Origin: Octopus vulgaris
Lineage: Eukaryota
DNA: 64,000 nt
Assembly: GCA_951406725.2 (NCBI GenBank)
Contig: OX597816.1
Span: forward strand, 128,092,001 to 128,156,000
Direction: 5' to 3'
The position numbers and the translations under genes are program-made. The notes beneath the pieces are model-generated. The model saw nothing but the letters and a program-made list of their open reading frames with translations. It was not told where the DNA came from and searched no databases. Positions 1 to 11,420 of the stretch are shown here, piece by piece. Position 1 is the first letter of the stretch. The number at the start of each line of letters is the position of its first letter.

Positions 1-59
1 AAAAGATTTTCAAAGTCTTTTTTTTTAACATTTAAGTACTTGCACCAAATAACCTGCCA

Positions 60-470
60 AAAATATAACTCCAATAGTCCAAAAGTGTAACCTCCCTACT
101 TGTGAAATATACATCAGTTTCCTTCAGAGCTCAATAGATAAATTTGAATCAGGTCACACATTTACTGTAAAAATGTCATTTCATTTCACATGAAAAAAAT
201 TAATTCATGCTATCAAATGCATTGGATGTAATGAAGATAAAAGGGATAATTCTTATGCAAAGACTGATGATTCACCGTCAACAAATACAAAATTCCAATA
301 CCATATAAGATAATTGTTATGAAACATCTGAATCTTTGTCCAACAAACAAAACATCTCAAATGCCAAAGTTTCCATTTATATCAATGTATCAAGAATACC
401 TCAGTACAATTCCAATTGAATAAAAGAAATATGATTATTAAAAAAAACAGAAAAACAAATCTGAATACTC
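60..470 (+). pseudogene. Highly degraded Penelope-like GIY-YIG endonuclease remnant
   Basis: Manual translation near 183-240 gives FT*KKLIHAIKCIGCNED, resembling the Penelope FTC..N.IY.I.C..C...YIG motif; stops present. Confidence 0.4.
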
Positions 471-2028
471 TATAACAATGCAGTATATTTGACTCAAACA
501 ACTAGAAACAATGAAAATATTTTAAAAATTTAAAGTCATAGTAACACTTATCCAGCAGAATATGAAACCACAGTTTAATTATTGATACATACTTTCAACC
601 CTATCTGCTGATATCATATTAGGATTTATCAATTTTATAACGTTTTTGGTTCAAACCAAACTGAAAGGGAAAACATAATAAAACAATTGGTGCTATCAAG
701 TATTCAATAGAATAGGACATCATAAAAACAAGAAACTTCTTAATGAAAACAGCCAACTAGAACACAACACTAAACGGTTGTCAGACAGAATCAAGTAATC
801 TGGACATTTGATAAACAATTGACATCCACATACTATCAACTGAATGCTAGACAAAAACAAGTGATTAAAATGTATGATTAAAAAAATGATGTTCCCAAGT
901 GGTCAGCAAACCAGAACACTAGGTTACTGGCAGATGAGAACAAGTGATGTTCTTGAGGAAATAATTAATCTAGACTTGAACCTATGTCTTAAAACCTATG
1001 TAGCTTGGAATAAAGTTCAAGTTCAACATTCAAACTACTGAAGCAAACAGTAAACCGTTCTACTTCATACAATACAACAGAACCTTCTTATATTTTTAAA
1101 ATCTTCATATCTAATTGCAAACATAATTTACTGGTATGGATCTTACTGAACTCTCAAATATATATCATGTATTATTGCTATGAAATTTATCATGAATTTC
1201 AATGTTCATTATTTCTTATTACTGTAAAATTTATTGAACCCACAAATTTTCATTGTTTAATTTTGTTATGAAACCTGGTTGTTGAGCATGTTTTATTGCC
1301 ATGTAACATTTTTGTGCATATTTTCTTTTGAATTTTCATTTCATTTATTTAGCATGGGAAACAATAACATTGCCAAAACAGGTATGATTGTTTGAAAATC
1401 AAAATAAATTTTACAAAACTTAAATTCATTTTAGGATCCAGGTAAATTTTCAACCTCAAAACTAAATTTTTTTATGTCTCATCTTGTGCGCTGGACACCT
1501 TTCTTATATACCAACACTCAATTAACTGTCTGTGGCATAGCTATTTGCCATGGATTCACATTCTCAGTTAAACAGGGGTGGGGAAAGCTTGCCATATTTG
1601 AAGTTGGTACCATGTCACCAACAAGTGTAAATCAAAGTTTTTTCTTTTTACTCCATCTCTTTGTAATTTCTCAAAACCTCTCTTATTCTTCAATACACCT
1701 CTCTCTTCATCTGTTCCCTTCATCTCATTCAACTTTGCCTATTTCTCCTTTTTCATTAGTCTTTCCTTCTTCCTTCTCACACTATTTCTCCTACCACTTT
1801 TTGTTCACATATGAACCTTACGTGGTCCTGTGTTCATTATCAGTTGTAGCCACTCTTTTTATAAATAATAGCATGTAAATATTGGGATATTAAAGGTGGG
1901 TGTAAGTGAAAATAGAATGGTGTCAGAGCATACTCTTATGATAGCGAAAGGTGAGTGTAAGAGAGAATATGAACAGAAGATTGGTAAAGGTGAGTGGGGT
2001 CATTCATTTGAATGTGTGAAGAGAATGA

Positions 2029-2701
2029 TATTTACATTATTTACATTTGCCGGATATTTGTCTTCATCTTGTTTGTTGTTAGCACAACATTTCGGCTGAT
2101 ATACCCTCCAGCCTTCATCAGATGTCTTGGGTAAATTTTGAACCTGGGTTCTCATTCCTAAGGTATTTTTCGATGTTGTTATTATTATTCAGGTCACTGC
2201 CTGGAATCAAACTCGGAATTTGTAGCCCATGCTCTTAACCACTACACCATATACCCGTGGGCAATTATATAGCAAATTTTAGGGCTTATAAATCTAATAT
2301 TTTCCTGGTTCCCATATGCTATTCATATTTGCACTCGGTCTGCTTAGGTGGTTGTTGTGTTCTAGCATATGTTCTGTTTCTTTTAGTTTTCATATTTTCC
2401 AGCAGTGTTCTCTGTCTATTTTAACTTCATCCCACAGGGGGAGGTGGTTTCCATTTTTCCATACATGATCAGCTATATTTGATTTATCAATATCTCCTTG
2501 TGTCACAGCTTTGCGATGTTTCTCTACCCTTGTTTTAAGGGGCCAGCAAGTTTCGCCTTTGTATAACCTACCGCAACTGCATGGGATGGAGTACATGCAG
2601 TCTTTGGTCATATTCTCTTCTATTGGTGGTTTTACCCAAAGGAGATATTTGCGAAGTGTTGTATTACTCTTGAATATTGTCCTGATGTCATATGAACCAC
2701 A
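2029..2701 (-). mobile_element. Penelope-like retroelement, 5'-truncated: GIY-YIG endonuclease end plus 3' pseudo-LTR
   Basis: ORF 2390..2611(-) reads CMYSIPCSCGRLYKGET..LKTRVEKH..IADH, a PLE GIY-YIG domain. 2029-2250 is the reverse complement of the pseudo-LTR at ~30966-31201. Confidence 0.9.
2082..2126 (-). ncRNA. Minimal type-I hammerhead ribozyme motif in the Penelope pseudo-LTR
   Basis: Minus strand: gacat CTGATGA a ggctg-gagggtatat-cagcc GAAA tg TT gtgc. Core boxes and stem II are intact; stems I and III are weakened. Confidence 0.7.
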
Positions 2702-2894
2702 CAGTTATAAATGGATGTAGACATGAATATAATGAATGGAACAAAGGGACAGGTGTGGTAGATGGTGGATATCAGTATGGGGAGTGAAAAGATAACAATA
2801 GCTAAAGAAAGAGGGGGTGATAAGTAGCAGTAATATTTACTGGAGATGTGGGTTCATATACCATGAGCAAACCTTAACATTTTCTATCCAAAGA

Positions 2895-3510
2895 GTCTTT
2901 CATCATCATCACCAATGTGGCATGAATTGAATGATGGCAGGATCCAACCAGCCAGAGGAATGTATAGAAATCCAGTGTCTGCTCTGGCATGTTTTCTATG
3001 GCTGGATGTCCCTCTAAATGCCAACCACTTGGCAGAGTGTACTGTGTACTTTTTCGGGATATAAGCATTGATGATGTTATCAAGTAGCATGCAAGAAAAA
3101 GAAAATATATCTCTCAACTACAGTTAGTTGTAGTAGAAAGGGAGACGAGTTTATATAATGAGGTGAGATGTTAAAGTATAATAGAGGTATAGGTGTAGGT
3201 GTCTTGCTATAAAGGAAGTACACGATGTCCCTATATCATAAAAATGAGTGGGAGTAGTTGGAACGAGAATGGTGATAGTTACAAGGTATTTGAGTATACT
3301 CTCATGATACAAAAAGGTGAGTGTAAGAGAGAATATGAACAGAAGACCGGTAAAGGTGAGTGGTCATTCATTTGAGTGTGAGACGAAAGTAGCAGATTAT
3401 AAATGGATGTAGAGGTGAATGTAGTGAATGGAACAAGAAATAGGTGTAGTAGATGGTGGATATCAGTATGGGGAGTGAAAAGATAATAAGAGGAGGTGAT
3501 AAGTGGCAGT
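2895..3510 (-). mobile_element. Old non-LTR retroelement 3' part with RTE-like (GAT)n tail and long purine/pyrimidine-biased UTR
   Basis: catcatcatc tail followed by the shared ...gctggatg.cc..c.aatgccaaccac motif. Similar to ~7095-7620 and to the reverse complement of ~18540-18925. Confidence 0.5.
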
Positions 3511-3949
3511 ACAGAAAGCATAATTGTACATGAGAAAGAGAGAGATAGATGTCATAGGTATGTAGGGGTGGCTATATCAAGTGGAGGACAAATGTGTGTG
3601 TGTGTGTGTGTGTGTGGTGTATGAGGGTTTAAACTGTCAGCTGAGAGATCTGCAAAGTGCTAAGGATGAAATATTTGTCACTGTTTTATGTTCATTTTTG
3701 CATGCTTCCATGGATAAGACAAAGTTTATTGGTGTACATTTTCTATGATCAGATGCCCTTTCCTTTACCACTCATCATCTGTTTCTAAGCAAGAAAATAT
3801 TTTCCAGTGGCCGGACATGGTTTTCAAGAATATTAGAAATGAATGACATTAATTTGCAACAATCAAGCTAAATCAAATCAAGGAGACAAATATACTCATA
3901 CACAAATGCATGTGCGTGTATGTATGTATGTACACACACAATTAATTTC

Positions 3950-4085
3950 TTTCGGTTTCTGTCAACCAAATTCACACATAAAAGCTTGCAATTTTAATGG
4001 AGGACACTGGCCAAGGTGCTGTGCAGCGGAAGTGAACTCATAACAATGCAATCAGGAAGCAAGCTTCTTAAACACGCAACCACAT
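3950..4085 (-). mobile_element. SINE family A, degraded 5' fragment
   Basis: Reverse complement resembles the family A head (tttcttcggtttctgtcaaccaaattcac ... ccaaggtgc). Confidence 0.55.
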
Positions 4086-4622
4086 CTGGATCCTATACAC
4101 ACACACACACACATATATATATACATATATATACACACAGATATATGTTACAGTATGATGTATATGCATATGTTATATACCATGAACATATACACTCCAT
4201 ACTATATGTATACATACTCATGTACCTGTATAAATATTATTGTGCAACGACGTTCTTTGAGGTAAAAACAAGTTTCTTCCTCCTTCGAATAATCAGACAG
4301 TTTTTTTACCTGAATAGCAGAAATCTTGAGAGAGTGAGAAATGTCGAATAAAGGGAAAGAGAGGTTTCCTTCAAAGACAGAGATATCTCATTAACAAAAC
4401 TTAAGGATATCATCATTATATTGTAACAAATAAGTATGGGCCAAGAGCACATTTTAGTCTTGCTGACAGTAAGTGCTTTCTATGATTGCACCAGGCCAAC
4501 CAAAACTTTGTGACTTGATTTGTAGTTGAAAACTGTATACATACATATATATATACATCCACTTTTCCTTGCATGAGTTCGGCAGATATAAATATTTATG
4601 TGTGTGTGTGTATATATATATG

Positions 4623-4846
4623 CATCATCATCATCATTGTTTAATGTCTGCTTTCCATGCTGGCATGAGTTGAACGGTTTGACTGAGGACTGTTGAGCCA
4701 GATGGCTGCACCAGGCTCCAATCTGATCTGGCAGAGTTTCTACAGCTGGATGCCCTTCCTAACGCCAACCACTCTGAGAGTGTAGTGGATTCTTTTATGT
4801 GCCACCGGCATGAGGGTCAGTCAGGCGGTACTGGTGTTTTTTACGT
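4623..4846 (-). mobile_element. RTE-type LINE 3' end fragment
   Basis: (cat)n tail plus gtttaatgtctgctttccatgctggcatg...gctggatgcccttcctaacgccaaccac, matching 11421-11600. Confidence 0.85.
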
Positions 4847-4861
4847 GTATATATATATATA

Positions 4862-5120
4862 GTGGGACATTTCACAAAGAAACAAAAGACAAAGACAGGT
4901 GGTGTAGACAATAAGCAGATGTATTAGTATAACACATGGGAAGTGAAAAAGTCTTTAATGTTTCAAGCCTATGCTCTTCCACAGAAAGGAACACAGAAAG
5001 AAACAAGGAGAGAAAATAAAAAATGTGTAGTGGCTAGTGATCTATCATGCTGAATGCCGGACAGAAGGGTCACACAGGAGAGCTAGTGAGAAGGGGAGAT
5101 AATAACGTAGTGGTGATCCC
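4862..5120 (-). mobile_element. Short dispersed repeat carrying a degenerate hammerhead-like motif (probably Penelope pseudo-LTR derived)
   Basis: Homologous to 33320-33600 and loosely to 24590-24822. Minus strand 4951-4990: cttt CTGTGGA a gagc-atag-gctt GAAA ca TT aaag. Confidence 0.55.
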
Positions 5121-5204
5121 ATATAGTTATATATGTATGCATATATAATGTGTATATGTATGCATGTATGTCAAAAACAAATTAAAAGTAGCACTAGTGT
5201 TGTA

Positions 5205-5740
5205 AACATATTTGACCACACATACTGAAGGTATGTGTTTTGTCTGTTCTCCAGCTCACTGCTCTGTAGTGTGTGGGGGACAACTACCTCATAACGCTTG
5301 GTGTTAAAGCACCTGAAAGTCACAGACAGGTGAGACAACTCGCATCTGATCCTATTCAGGTGTGATAGATAGCGATGTTTCACCATTTTTATGGCTTGTC
5401 AACGTCACGTGCATGAATCAAACAAAAGAGGAATTGAATTGTCAGTCCGTAACTATGTATAAATGGTGTAAAAACCATTTGCTGGTATGCCATGGTGATG
5501 CATATAAAAGATTAAATATAGTCATGGTTCAATTTGTCCCTAGTTTGATTTAGGAATGTGATATTGATAAGCCACAAAAATGGCAAAATATCACTATCCC
5601 TTACTCTTAAATGAGATCGAAAGCCTCTCTATGACATTCATGTGTCTTAACACCCGTAGTTATGAGAGAGTCATACCCCAGGCGCTATGCTACAGCCAAT
5701 TGGTGAACAAACAAAACAAATACATTGAGTATATACACTC
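5205..5740. mobile_element. Old MITE-like element with long, diverged terminal inverted repeats
   Basis: ~5215-5330 is an imperfect reverse complement of ~5622-5735, which is why ORFs 5171..5386(-) and 5580..5834(+) share FRCFNTKRYE/FMCLNTRSYE. A related left arm lies at ~28450-28545. Confidence 0.6.
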
Positions 5741-5835
5741 GATAATATATGTATGTATGTATGCATGTTTGTATGCATGCATGTATGCATTCATGTATAT
5801 ATGGATGTATGTATGTATGTATGTATGTATTTAAA

Positions 5836-6163
5836 GGCACCTGGCTTAGTGGTTAGAATATTTGCTCACAATCGTGAGGTTATGAGTTCAATTCCCGAAG
5901 GTGCATTGTGTCTTTCAGCAAGACCCTTTATTCCATATTGCTCCAGTCCACTCAGTTGGCAAAAATGATTAGTACCTGTATTTGAAAGGGCCAGCCTTAT
6001 CACATTCTGTGTCATGCTGAATCTTCTTGAGAACTACATTAAGGGTATGTGCATTTGTGGAGTGCTCGTCCACTTGTATGTTAATTTTGCAAGCAGGCTC
6101 TTATGTTGATTGGATTGGCAGGAATATTTGTTATCCTAACTGACAGAGTGCCAGGAGTGCCAG

Positions 6164-6165
<2 letters not shown>
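5836..6165 (+). mobile_element. tRNA-derived SINE (family C)
   Basis: A box tggcttagtgg and B box gagttcaattcc, followed by body ttgctccagtccactcagttggcaaaaatgattagtacc. Confidence 0.75.
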
Positions 6166-6205
<40 letters not shown>

Positions 6206-6239
6206 TATGTATGTATATACATGTACACATACACATGTT

Positions 6240-6293
<54 letters not shown>

Positions 6294-6522
6294 AATATCC
6301 ACATCTGTCTGACTCATGCAAACATCATGGAAAAATAGATGTTAAAACATTGATAATGATTTAATATATAATCATATATAAAGGTACCCATGCCGGTGAC
6401 ACGTAAAAGCTACTGGAAGTGATTGGTGTCAGGAAGTGTCTCCAGCTGTAGAAACCAAGTCAAATCAGACTGGAGCCTGGTGCAGCTCTCCCCCTTACCA
6501 GTCCCAGTCAAAATGTCTAACC

Positions 6523-6860
6523 AAGGGGTTCTCAACCATTTTTTTAACTATGGATCCCTTTGATTACTATTTTATTCTTGTGGACCCCAAAGCCATTCAA
6601 TGTTTAAAAACTAGTTTTATAGATACTTCTTTCAAAATTCCTATTCTGTTTTTTACACATTCACTTGTGTAGGTTGAACTATGTACATGTCAGAGAAAGA
6701 AACCTGGCTTCTTCTTGCAATACATACATCTAAAGCAAAATTTTTTCAGGGGCTCTTAAAATACTATTGTGGATCCCCAAATTACTATTTAGTTGAATGG
6801 ACCCCTAAAAATCTTATACGGACCTTCAGAGGCCATATGAACCCTAGTTGAGAACCATTG
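6523..6860. mobile_element. hAT (Charlie-like) MITE nested in an RTE 3'-tail fragment
   Basis: Termini aggggttctcaac / gttgagaaccattg resemble CAGTGGTTCTCAAC, with an imperfect duplication gtctaacc/gactaacc. Flanks 6380-6522 and 6861-6900 rejoin into the RTE tail. Confidence 0.7.
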
Positions 6861-7644
6861 ACTAACCCATGCCAGCATGGAAAACGGATGCTAAATGATT
6901 ATAATATATCATTGGTGTAACATTTAGTTTTCCACCAGAAATGTCATTGAGGTAGAATTTTCTACAGCCAGAGACCCTTTTAGATGACCACTCTTACTTG
7001 TTACTGTGGAGGACTGCAAACAAACAGTATTATTTATATGAATGGTGATGCTATTTGTTTGTAATTAACACATACACACATCTGTATCCTCCAGATCATC
7101 ATTTAACATACGTTTTGCATGCTGGCATGGGATGAACAGTTTAACAGGATCCAATGAGGCAGAGAGCTGCATTAAGCTCTACTGTATGCTTTCACAAGGT
7201 TTCAATCACTAGATACTCTTTCTAACGGATACACTTTCCAGAGTATACTGAGTGCTTTTTTTGATTTTTTTTTCTTCGTGACACTAGCACTAGTGAGATT
7301 GTGAAGCAATTTACAAGACAAAGTAAAAAAGGCAAGAAGACCCCCACCTCAACTGAATGGGATTATAGTAGTGATGGAGGTGATTTATGTCAGTTGTTAA
7401 GAGACTAAAGTATAATAGAGAGTCAGACACAGATGTCTTGCTACAGAAGAGATACTTGGCTACCTCACATTATATAAGTGTGGAAGTGTGTAGTTGGAAG
7501 GAAGATAAAAGTGTTGGTGACAAGGAATCAGCGTGTACTGTCAAAGTATAAGATGAGTATACGAGAGAGTATGGACTGAGTATTGTGTGGATTGTGGGTG
7601 GATAAGTTTATAGGAGAAATATCTCTTTACTAGATAATATTGAT

Positions 7645-7905
7645 TTCATATTTGGCACAAGGCCTGCAATTTCGGAGGTAGAGATTAGCCAATTACATTA
7701 ACACCAGTGTTCAGCTGGTACTTATTTTATTGACTCTGAAAGGTAAAGTTGACTGCTGTGGGATTTGAACTCTGAATGTAAAGATGTCCTCCTACATGGC
7801 CTTGCTTTTGCTTTTTGAGCCAATAAAAATTGAATTGAATTGAAAAAAATGTAAAATACCGCTAAGCATTTTGCCCAGTATGTTAACAATTCTACCATCT
7901 TGCTG
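7645..7905 (-). mobile_element. SINE family B (Meta-domain-like), degraded
   Basis: ctggtacttattttattgactctgaaagg...gttgac...atttgaactctgaatgta...ccgctaagcattttgcccag is the reverse complement of the units at 50588-51780. Confidence 0.75.
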
Positions 7906-8209
7906 CCTTCTTTTACTTGGTAGTGTTAAGGAAAATATTACCTTACTTGGAAACAGTGCTGATGAAAAGATGACCATCCTGACATTGTTGCCTCAGCAAC
8001 AATGGAAAAGTGGACATTAAAACGATGACATTGATGATTATACTGACTTCATTTAATATATGAAAGTATGTTTTGTATTTATATATTTATGTTGCAATTT
8101 TTCAAGTGAGAATGTGACACAAGTACATGAATGGACACAACTTCAAGACACTGAACATTACACCTACTAATCTGATTACAGTAGTCAAAGATAGAAACTA
8201 TAGTGGAAA

Positions 8210-8900
8210 TCGGTTTTTCCATGCATGCATGCTTGCATAGATTGGATGGTTTATTTCCAACACAATATGTCACCACCTGTTTTGTTTCCTTGTCATCTTT
8301 TTTTTTTTTTGTCAGGTTCAACCACCTAATATCAGCTTTCACCACTTCTGCAGATGTCTTCCACAGGTTTCATCAGCGTTGAGTGTCTTGTCCTTCTTCA
8401 TACAACTGTCATCCTCCATACATATCACTCGGAAATACGGATTCAGTCTTCCCTCTTGTGCATTACATTTGATATCTTTAACACCTATTTTTTCTCTCAA
8501 CTCATTTCTACTCCATCATTCATGCATGCTAATGTTAGAAATCCAGGCGAGTTTGCTTACTTCATTTTCTTTTAATCTCCACACATCTTCTGCATTCAGG
8601 GTCCAAGTCACACCACTGTGTTTCATTGCAGTTTGTATACAAGTATTACACAATTTACCTTTCATTTTGAGAAAGAAACACTTTTGAAGTCAGTAGAGTT
8701 ACAACTACCAACACATCTTTCAACTTGTTTTTACTCTGCATCTATAATTTTATAACACCAGTCTCTACTACTAATTAGCTTAACTAGCGAACAAAAGATA
8801 TCAATTATTTCTTGGGGGTTTTCCAAGCATTTGACAAAATCTATTTGCCATGTATTCTTAGTGCATATTGCTTCTGTACATCTGTTGCTTACAATTCTAT
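8210..8900 (-). pseudogene. Degraded RTE LINE C-terminal fragment
   Basis: Minus-strand translation of ~8545-8680 gives KMKGKLCNTCIQTAMKHSGVTWTLNAEDV, homologous to RVKGRLYDACVRTAMLHGSETWAVTAEDM in the element at 11421-12972. Confidence 0.7.
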
Positions 8901-9160
8901 CTTCTTAATTACCATGTGTGTAATTCCACTATGCCACTTCTGCAACCATAATTAACATAGGATAGAATGTATGTAATCCTTTTCTGGATTACATACAGAG
9001 CATGGCAATTTCCCTGACAGGATCAGAGTCCCGTCTTTTTTTTTCACATTATTAATACTTTAATCTTTGCTAAGTTTACTTTGAAACCTCTCAGTTCTAG
9101 GTTCTGTGTCCAGGTTAGGAATTTCTTCTTTATCTCCATAATCTGAGTGTGTGTATTCTA

Positions 9161-9226
<66 letters not shown>

Positions 9227-9242
9227 GTGTATATAATATATA

Positions 9243-9652
9243 TCATCATCATCATCATCATTTAACGTCCACTTTCCATGCTAGCATGGGTTGGACGATT
9301 TGGCTGAGGACTGGCGAACCAGATTGCTGCACCAGGCTCCAATCTTGATCTGGCAGCGTTTCTACAGCTGGATACTCTTCCTGACGCCAAACACTCCGAG
9401 AGTGTAGTAGATGCTTTTACGTGCCACCAGCATGGGGCCAGTCAGGCGGTACTGGCAACGACCTCGCTCAAATGTTTTTTCACATGAAACTGGCACAAGT
9501 GCCAGTAAGGCGTTGCTGGTAAAGATCACACTCGAATGGTGCCTTTTACGTGCCATTGGCACGGAAGCCAATTAGCTGCTCTGTCAACGATCACGCTCGG
9601 ATGGTGCTCTTTGCACCCCACTAGCATGGCTGCCGGTCATCAAATTTGATTT

Positions 9653-9655
<3 letters not shown>
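9243..9655 (-). mobile_element. RTE-type LINE 3' UTR fragment
   Basis: (cat)n tail, ttccatgctagcatgggttggacg, and internal ttttacgtgcca repeat units as in 11421-11760. Confidence 0.85.
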
Positions 9656-9687
<32 letters not shown>

Positions 9688-9689
9688 CC

Positions 9690-10845
9690 TTTTACCTGTA
9701 ACTGGTTTCAGCCAGAGACTGAAACCATGCTGGAGCACTGTTTTTTAGTGTGATTTGGGTTTTTCTGTATTGTTTCTGGTTAATTAATGAGTTGAACAGA
9801 ACATCTCACAAATCTCTGAGGCTGTTTGGCAGAGTGTTGAATAGTTGTAAACCCCTAAAACTAAAGCTGTTATAATACTGAATCCTTATATGAGACAGAC
9901 AAGATGGGATCTTAGATATTATGTTATGGCATCCATTTCGGTGGTTTGCAAATCTTTCAATTCCAAAGTTGGTAGTTAGGCCTTCTAGGGTCTTCCATAA
10001 GTATATCACTTCATATCTATCATGCCTTCTCTCTAGGGAGAACTTCAGCTCCTTTAGCTTCTCCAAGTAACTCATCTGTAGCACTGAGTGAATCTTCATG
10101 TAGAGGTGCTGCTTTGCTTCAAGTTCTGGTAGAGGTAATCCAGATAACTAGGAATGAAAATTTTCCATAGCAGTAGTATGATATCCTCTTTTCCAGTTCT
10201 GAATGATCCCAAATTCTATCTAGCTACTCCCCTGCACAGTGTTGCCATCTTGGAAATATGCATCATTTAATGATACATCATTACATGTAGATTCCCAGGT
10301 CATGCACCAAGTCTGACTCTGGAAATGTAATAACCCCTCGTCCTGTGTATTTCAACTGTAGTCTGTTTGTGTATTGATTGTGGAGTGCTTGAAAATTCTT
10401 AGAACTGAACAGTATACTATTTTCATCGGCCCACTTGTATATTGCAATCAAGCCCTCCTGCTGTTTTAGGATGTTACCAGGGTCCTTTACTGCTTGTGAT
10501 ACTTTTGTATCATTAACACAGCTAGTGAGAGTGGCTGACTGTATAGCTAAGGACATTTCTGAGAGATCCCCTTTAAACAATAGTGGCCCCTGTAGAGTTT
10601 CCTGAGGGAATCTACCAAAAATTGATGTCTCCTCAGAGAAAGCACCATTGTCTGCAACTGTCTGACTTCTGCCTTTCACAAAGTCATGCAACATCTATTT
10701 CAACTTTCAAGTGATACCAAGGTCATGAAGCTTGTGACATATCATCCAATGATCAACTTTATCATAGGCCTTGCTAAATTTGAGATATAACATATCCACA
10801 TTTGAGTGGTTGAGCTGTTTTTTCAGTACTCAGTTGTAATATCTG
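9690..10845 (-). mobile_element. Degraded CR1-type LINE (RT and C-terminus plus 3' UTR)
   Basis: DVIYLKFSKAYDKVDH at ~10750-10797; ORF 10281..10694 has FPQETLQGPLLF and CVNDTK (degenerate PQG and YADD); ORF 9806..10099 has YLEKLKEL.FSLERR. The same 3' UTR recurs at ~17655-17820. Confidence 0.85.
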
Positions 10846-10965
10846 TGGACCATAAAGGAGGGACCTTCTTAGTATTCATTCTTTTAACATTTTTGGAAGT
10901 TTACCACAACAAGGAAACTACAGTGGTTGTGTGAGAGCATTCTAGCATTTCTTTAAAAGAATAGT

Positions 10966-11011
<46 letters not shown>

Positions 11012-11017
<6 letters not shown>

Positions 11018-11195
11018 GTGCTGAAAACTTCCTGGTTTTAACGCCCAACATTCTGAGTTATTTTATAGGGCTTAGAAAAACTAAGGGACTGCTGCAACAA
11101 GTGTGTGAAGCTGAGAGAGGAATATGATAAAACTATAATTAACTGATCTTGTATTTTCTTTTACTCAAAGCCAGGAACTTTTCAACATCCCCTCA
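11012..11195 (+). mobile_element. Mariner-derived MITE
   Basis: TIRs tgagaggtgctgaaaacttcctgg / ccaggaacttttcaacatcccctca flanked by TA. Internal remnant GLEKLRDCCNKCVKLREEY matches a mariner C-terminus. Confidence 0.8.
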
Positions 11196-11213
11196 TATGT
11201 ATATGTATCTATA

Positions 11214-11260
<47 letters not shown>

Positions 11261-11420
11261 ATATATATATACATATATATGTATATAATATTATTACAAA
11301 TTTGAGATTTTACCAATAGGACCACAACTTCAATTTCAGGACAACCTTATTTTCTGGAGTACTCATAGAAAGTTATATCCAAAATACTAATCTAATAATA
11401 TAAGCATTTTAAAGCCTACT

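Larger units (their letters stand above)
1910..2830. repeat. Dispersed purine-rich repeat copy, split by a Penelope insertion (halves ~1910-2028 and ~2702-2830)
   Basis: The joined halves align with the uninterrupted copy at ~3290-3510 (aaaggtgagtgtaagagagaatatgaacagaaga ... ttataaatggatgtaga ... gatggtggatatcagtatggggagtgaaaagataa). Confidence 0.8.

Noticed and set aside
1474-1878. 134-aa ORF, and similar hydrophobic ORFs at 14012..14569 and 21797..22279
   Set aside because: Low-complexity or antisense-to-repeat frames with no recognisable domain.
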